From Candidatus Bathyarchaeia archaeon (GTDB lineage Archaea > Thermoproteota > Bathyarchaeia > TCS64), in NCBI GenBank assembly GCA_050014495.1, contig JBEKDF010000036.1, forward strand, positions 1 through 31,142: a DNA stretch of 31,142 nt. Reading direction: 5' to 3'. A program made the translations under genes and the position numbers. The notes beneath the pieces are model-generated. The model had not been told where the DNA came from and did not search any database. It worked only from the letters and a program-made list of their open reading frames with translations. Position 1 is the stretch's first letter, and every line of letters starts with the position of its first letter. Below, piece by piece: positions 28,354 to 31,142 of this stretch.

Positions 28354-29541
28354 TTAATTCCCCTCAACGGATTTGGGCAGGCGAATACGGTCTTCCTTAA
28401 TGGGCCTGATCGCCAATAAGCTGCACAGGCCTATGACCGGAAGGACAATACCCACCAATCCCCAGCCAGCGTAAGCTAGCATCAAACCACCTAGTCCAGT
28501 GCCAACGCCGTAACCCAGCTGAAGGGCGGCGAAGTTGAGGCTCATCACAGTCCCACTCTGATCTGAGGACTGGTCCAAACTGAGGGCGCTGTTCCCATTC
28601 AACCTGAAGCCCATCATGAGGTTCCCCGCCATGATGGCGGCCACGGACAACGCGGCACCCGGCAAGTAATGGTACGCGAGCGTCATTGAGGAGATCCCGA
28701 GCACGCCTATGATCGTGGTCCTCCTAGGCCCAAGGCCCCGTATTAGGCGACTCGTAGCGATGCCCCCAATGATGTAGAAGGCGGCTGTCCCTGTGTAGAT
28801 GAAGCCTGTCTCGATTGTGCCCGTGCCATAAACCTCCTTCAGGAAGCTGAAGCAGTAGAGATTGAGGCCCATCTCGGCTGCGGATGCTAGGAACCCACCC
28901 ACCAGGCTCCTAACAGCGCCTCTGTTACCCGCGATCCGCCTCATGCTATATGTGAGGCCATCATCGCTGCCCCTCGCGTCGGATCTGGGTAATAGCACCA
29001 AGGTGGATATGAGTCCTAGAAGGGAGAGGGCCCCAGCGAACCCTAGAAAGGCCAATCGCCAGCTACCATACTGTGCGAGGAAGCTCACAACGACTCCACC
29101 AACCAGGAATGGTACTCCCGCGGCGGTTCCGAGGAGGCTGATCACCCTCCCCCTCTCCTCCCTGGGATAGTACTCGCCGGCCAGCGTGTTGGTCATCGGT
29201 ATGGCCAACGCTATACCCAGACCCGAGATCGCGGTGAAAGCCAGAAGCATCGTGAAGCCCGTGGAGAAGGCGGAGGCTATCGATCCCGCTGCTATCGCAG
29301 CTAGGCCGGCTATCAGTAAGCTTCTGTAGCTGAGCCTGCTCGTCAGCACCGTGACCAGGAGGCTGCCGAGTAGAGCTGATAGGTTGAGGGTCGTCACCAG
29401 CTGGCCCGTCAGCGGCAGTGGGGTTCCGAGTGAGAGGCTGATCTCGACAAGTAGCAGGCTGAGCACGGCTGTTGGGGGGTTCGTGCTAGCGATGCTGATT
29501 AGGAGTGCAGGGAGAACCCTCACCTTTTCCTCTGGTTTCAT
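28354..29541 (-). CDS. MFS transporter
   Basis: About 12 TM segments; EYYPREERGRV and RLIRGLGPRR loop motifs. The ATG at 29541 is preferred over the ORF-track start at 29589. Confidence 0.88.
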   Translation of the reverse strand: MKPEEKVRVLPALLISIASTNPPTAVLSLLLVEISLSLGTPLPLTGQLVTTLNLSALLGSLLVTVLTSRLSYRSLLIAGLAAIAAGSIASAFSTGFTMLLAFTAISGLGIALAIPMTNTLAGEYYPREERGRVISLLGTAAGVPFLVGGVVVSFLAQYGSWRLAFLGFAGALSLLGLISTLVLLPRSDARGSDDGLTYSMRRIAGNRGAVRSLVGGFLASAAEMGLNLYCFSFLKEVYGTGTIETGFIYTGTAAFYIIGGIATSRLIRGLGPRRTTIIGVLGISSMTLAYHYLPGAALSVAAIMAGNLMMGFRLNGNSALSLDQSSDQSGTVMSLNFAALQLGYGVGTGLGGLMLAYAGWGLVGIVLPVIGLCSLLAIRPIKEDRIRLPKSVEGN

Positions 29542-29606
29542 GTAAACGGATTGCTCTGCAGTGATGTTTGTGTTTTTCCATATATGCACTCTGTTGTGTA
29601 TGCGCG

Positions 29607-29801
29607 CAGGCGAAGTATCTGAAGATCTGCAGGGGATTCATTGGCACCTCGGATCCATCGGATGTCGCTCATGCGGCCACCTGTCTCCAGACGGGGTCGA
29701 CGCTGATCAGTGATGATCGCCACTTCGATAAGATACGGGATGAGGAAATCGTTGATGTTTGGGGCACTGAGAGGGCATTTGATGAATTGCTGGGACCTTA
29801 A
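29607..29801 (+). pseudogene. 5'-truncated PIN-domain toxin (C-terminal half only)
   Basis: DPSDVAHAATCLQTGSTLISDDRHFDKI is a PIN C-terminus; the N-terminal DTN motif is absent. Begins at the GCGCGC tract at 29602. Confidence 0.75.
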
Positions 29802-29857
29802 TATTTCACTGCATGCGCGCACAGTGCACATACGTAACGATATTCAGCGTGCCCGAC

Positions 29858-30697
29858 TCAATATGTTCTCGGTGTTGATATCTTTATACGGGTCAAAAAA
29901 CCAAAATACGCATCCCTGGCATTCTCAGCCACGAATCTAATTTTTGTCGCGGATAGCAGTTCATCTCCCAAAAAGTGGTGAACCGCATGAGCATTAGATT
30001 GGTCAGGGTAATCAATCTCTACTGTAATTGGATTATCATACGTTAGTGCAGAGATCTCATTCATCCTCCTCAAACCATCTTTAACAGCTTCCCTGATTAG
30101 ATTCTTTGACCTTTTAGGGGTGAGGCTGATAGCCATATATCGACCGAAGCCCTTCTTAACTATGGCTCCGGATATCTTTTCGGAGATATTTCCCTTTATA
30201 TAGTTCACCGTTGCCTCATCTCCCGAAACTGCGACTAGGGGAACACCATAATAGCCAGCTAGACTCGCATTCATACAAGCCTCGGTAAGAGATTTTCCAT
30301 TAAATCTTACTTCTCTCACGTTCCAGTTATGGCACAGTACAGCGTTGGATAAGAGGGGGTGACCATGAGCACCTATACATATCAGGGCGTCGAAACTATC
30401 ATCGAGGCCGAAAACCTCGTCATATAATTCCCTTGAGTTCAGAACCACTGAGACATTTCCGGGAAATTCTTCGAAGAAGACATTCATATTCGTTGAGTGT
30501 CCGTCGTTAAACAGAATCTCGGCATTTGGATCAACCTCCAAAACGCCCTCGATCGCCGCTAACACATCGTCGGTGGCTAACCTCTTAGCGCGTTGAAAAG
30601 CCTCTGGAACAGAGGCATCCTGCCCCATTTGTCCTCTAATGGCAGTTCCCGTGCATCCCTCCATGTCAAAACTTAGGTATATTTTCATAACTGTCAA
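29858..30697 (-). CDS. dppA: M55-family D-aminopeptidase (DppA-like)
   Basis: KIYLSFDMEG, NDGH, IGAH, LCH, GVPLVAVSGD and VKKG motifs; GGTGA RBS and TTATATA upstream. Confidence 0.88.
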   Translation of the reverse strand: MTVMKIYLSFDMEGCTGTAIRGQMGQDASVPEAFQRAKRLATDDVLAAIEGVLEVDPNAEILFNDGHSTNMNVFFEEFPGNVSVVLNSRELYDEVFGLDDSFDALICIGAHGHPLLSNAVLCHNWNVREVRFNGKSLTEACMNASLAGYYGVPLVAVSGDEATVNYIKGNISEKISGAIVKKGFGRYMAISLTPKRSKNLIREAVKDGLRRMNEISALTYDNPITVEIDYPDQSNAHAVHHFLGDELLSATKIRFVAENARDAYFGFLTRIKISTPRTY

Positions 30698-30810
30698 CTA
30701 ATCTCACCCATTAGACGGTATATAAGCGCGCGAAGATGAAATTAAAGCAGTTAGCTGTTTGTGAGTTTAATAGCACGCTTAACATGCGCGCGCGCAGCGG
30801 GTGCTAGAGT

Positions 30811-30850
30811 TTGAACTGCAAGCCCACCACTTTAGTGGTGGGTAGTTGAC
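30811..30850 (-). mobile_element. IS200/IS605 IscB/HEARO-type end remnant
   Basis: Minus strand GTCAACTA-CCCACCAC-TAAA-GTGGTGGG-CTTGCAGTTCAA with a perfect 8-bp stem. Confidence 0.75.
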
Positions 30851-31002
30851 CTTCTCTCACGGTCCTCTCTGATCATCTCTACAACTTCGTCTGTGCTTAT
30901 TTTGTCGAGGACGGGCTTGAGGCGCTTCAGCTCTGTGTTTATTTCCTCGATCTCCCTGCGTTCTATCTCTGCCTCCAGGGATTTACGTATTAATTCCCCG
31001 GC
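30832..31002 (-). pseudogene. 5'-truncated VapB-like antitoxin
   Basis: Reads AGELIRKSLEAEIERREIEEINTELKRLKPVLDKISTDEVVEMIREDRERR, with a typical ...IREDRE tail. No start codon; begins at the GCGCGCGC tract 31001-31008. Confidence 0.7.
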
Positions 31003-31034
31003 GCGCGCTCTATGTAGCGCGTTTCAGGCATCAT

Positions 31035-31142
31035 TCATTCTGGGGATACCGGCTCAATTATTATGCGGTTCCCCTCAACGTAGATCTCCACCTCGTCGCC
31101 TATCTCAACCTTCACGGCGTTAACCACGTCGTCGGGTAGGTA
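31035..31142 (-). CDS. AbrB/MazE/SpoVT-family protein, 3' part (runs off the window)
   Basis: YLPDDVVNAVKVEIGDEVEIYVEGNRIIIEPVSPE*. Confidence 0.8.
   Translation of the reverse strand, partial: YLPDDVVNAVKVEIGDEVEIYVEGNRIIIEPVSPE

Noticed and set aside
28189..28419. 76-aa ORF MTTWYPDW...
   Set aside because: Crosses GC tracts, overlaps the MFS 3' end and has no recognisable family; at most a fragment.
12925..31008. (GC)n tracts as a CRISPR or attC array
   Set aside because: Tracts are too short and irregularly spaced, with no conserved flanks, no cas or integrase genes and no attC-like long inverted repeats.
1..31142. tRNA/rRNA genes or known riboswitches
   Set aside because: No cloverleaf or rRNA-like sequence seen; the 140-bp repeat did not fit the fluoride or c-di-AMP riboswitch or hammerhead consensus by eye.

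Overview
Archaeal window; the gene repertoire, TATA promoters and GTG/TTG starts suggest Bathyarchaeia (inference). Bases 1-11.3k hold a surface-glycan locus, AT-rich up to about 7.8k. It encodes an FrhB-like Fe-S protein, two PaaK/CapK-like ligases, a DUF1616-like protein, a GH39-like glycosidase, an InlB-B-repeat protein, a GT-C-like membrane protein and a Wzx flippase. The remainder is an accessory patchwork: an amidohydrolase, two intact AbrB/VapC toxin-antitoxin (TA) pairs plus TA fragments, a SHOCT membrane protein, luxS next to a MetE-like gene, an MBL hydrolase, a REC-PAS-GAF protein with no output domain, a wHTH regulator, an MFS transporter and DppA. The main unexplained signal is about 22 (GC)3-5 / alternating purine-pyrimidine tracts (counted by eye), all outside credible genes. 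Many sit at or near the point where a toxin, antitoxin, transposase or IS200/IS605 OMEGA-RNA remnant is cut off, so they look like scars of an undescribed deletion/joining process. Also present: an orphan TnpB omega-RNA-like remnant, two IscB/HEARO-type ends, a diverged 140-bp structured repeat and several small frameshifts.
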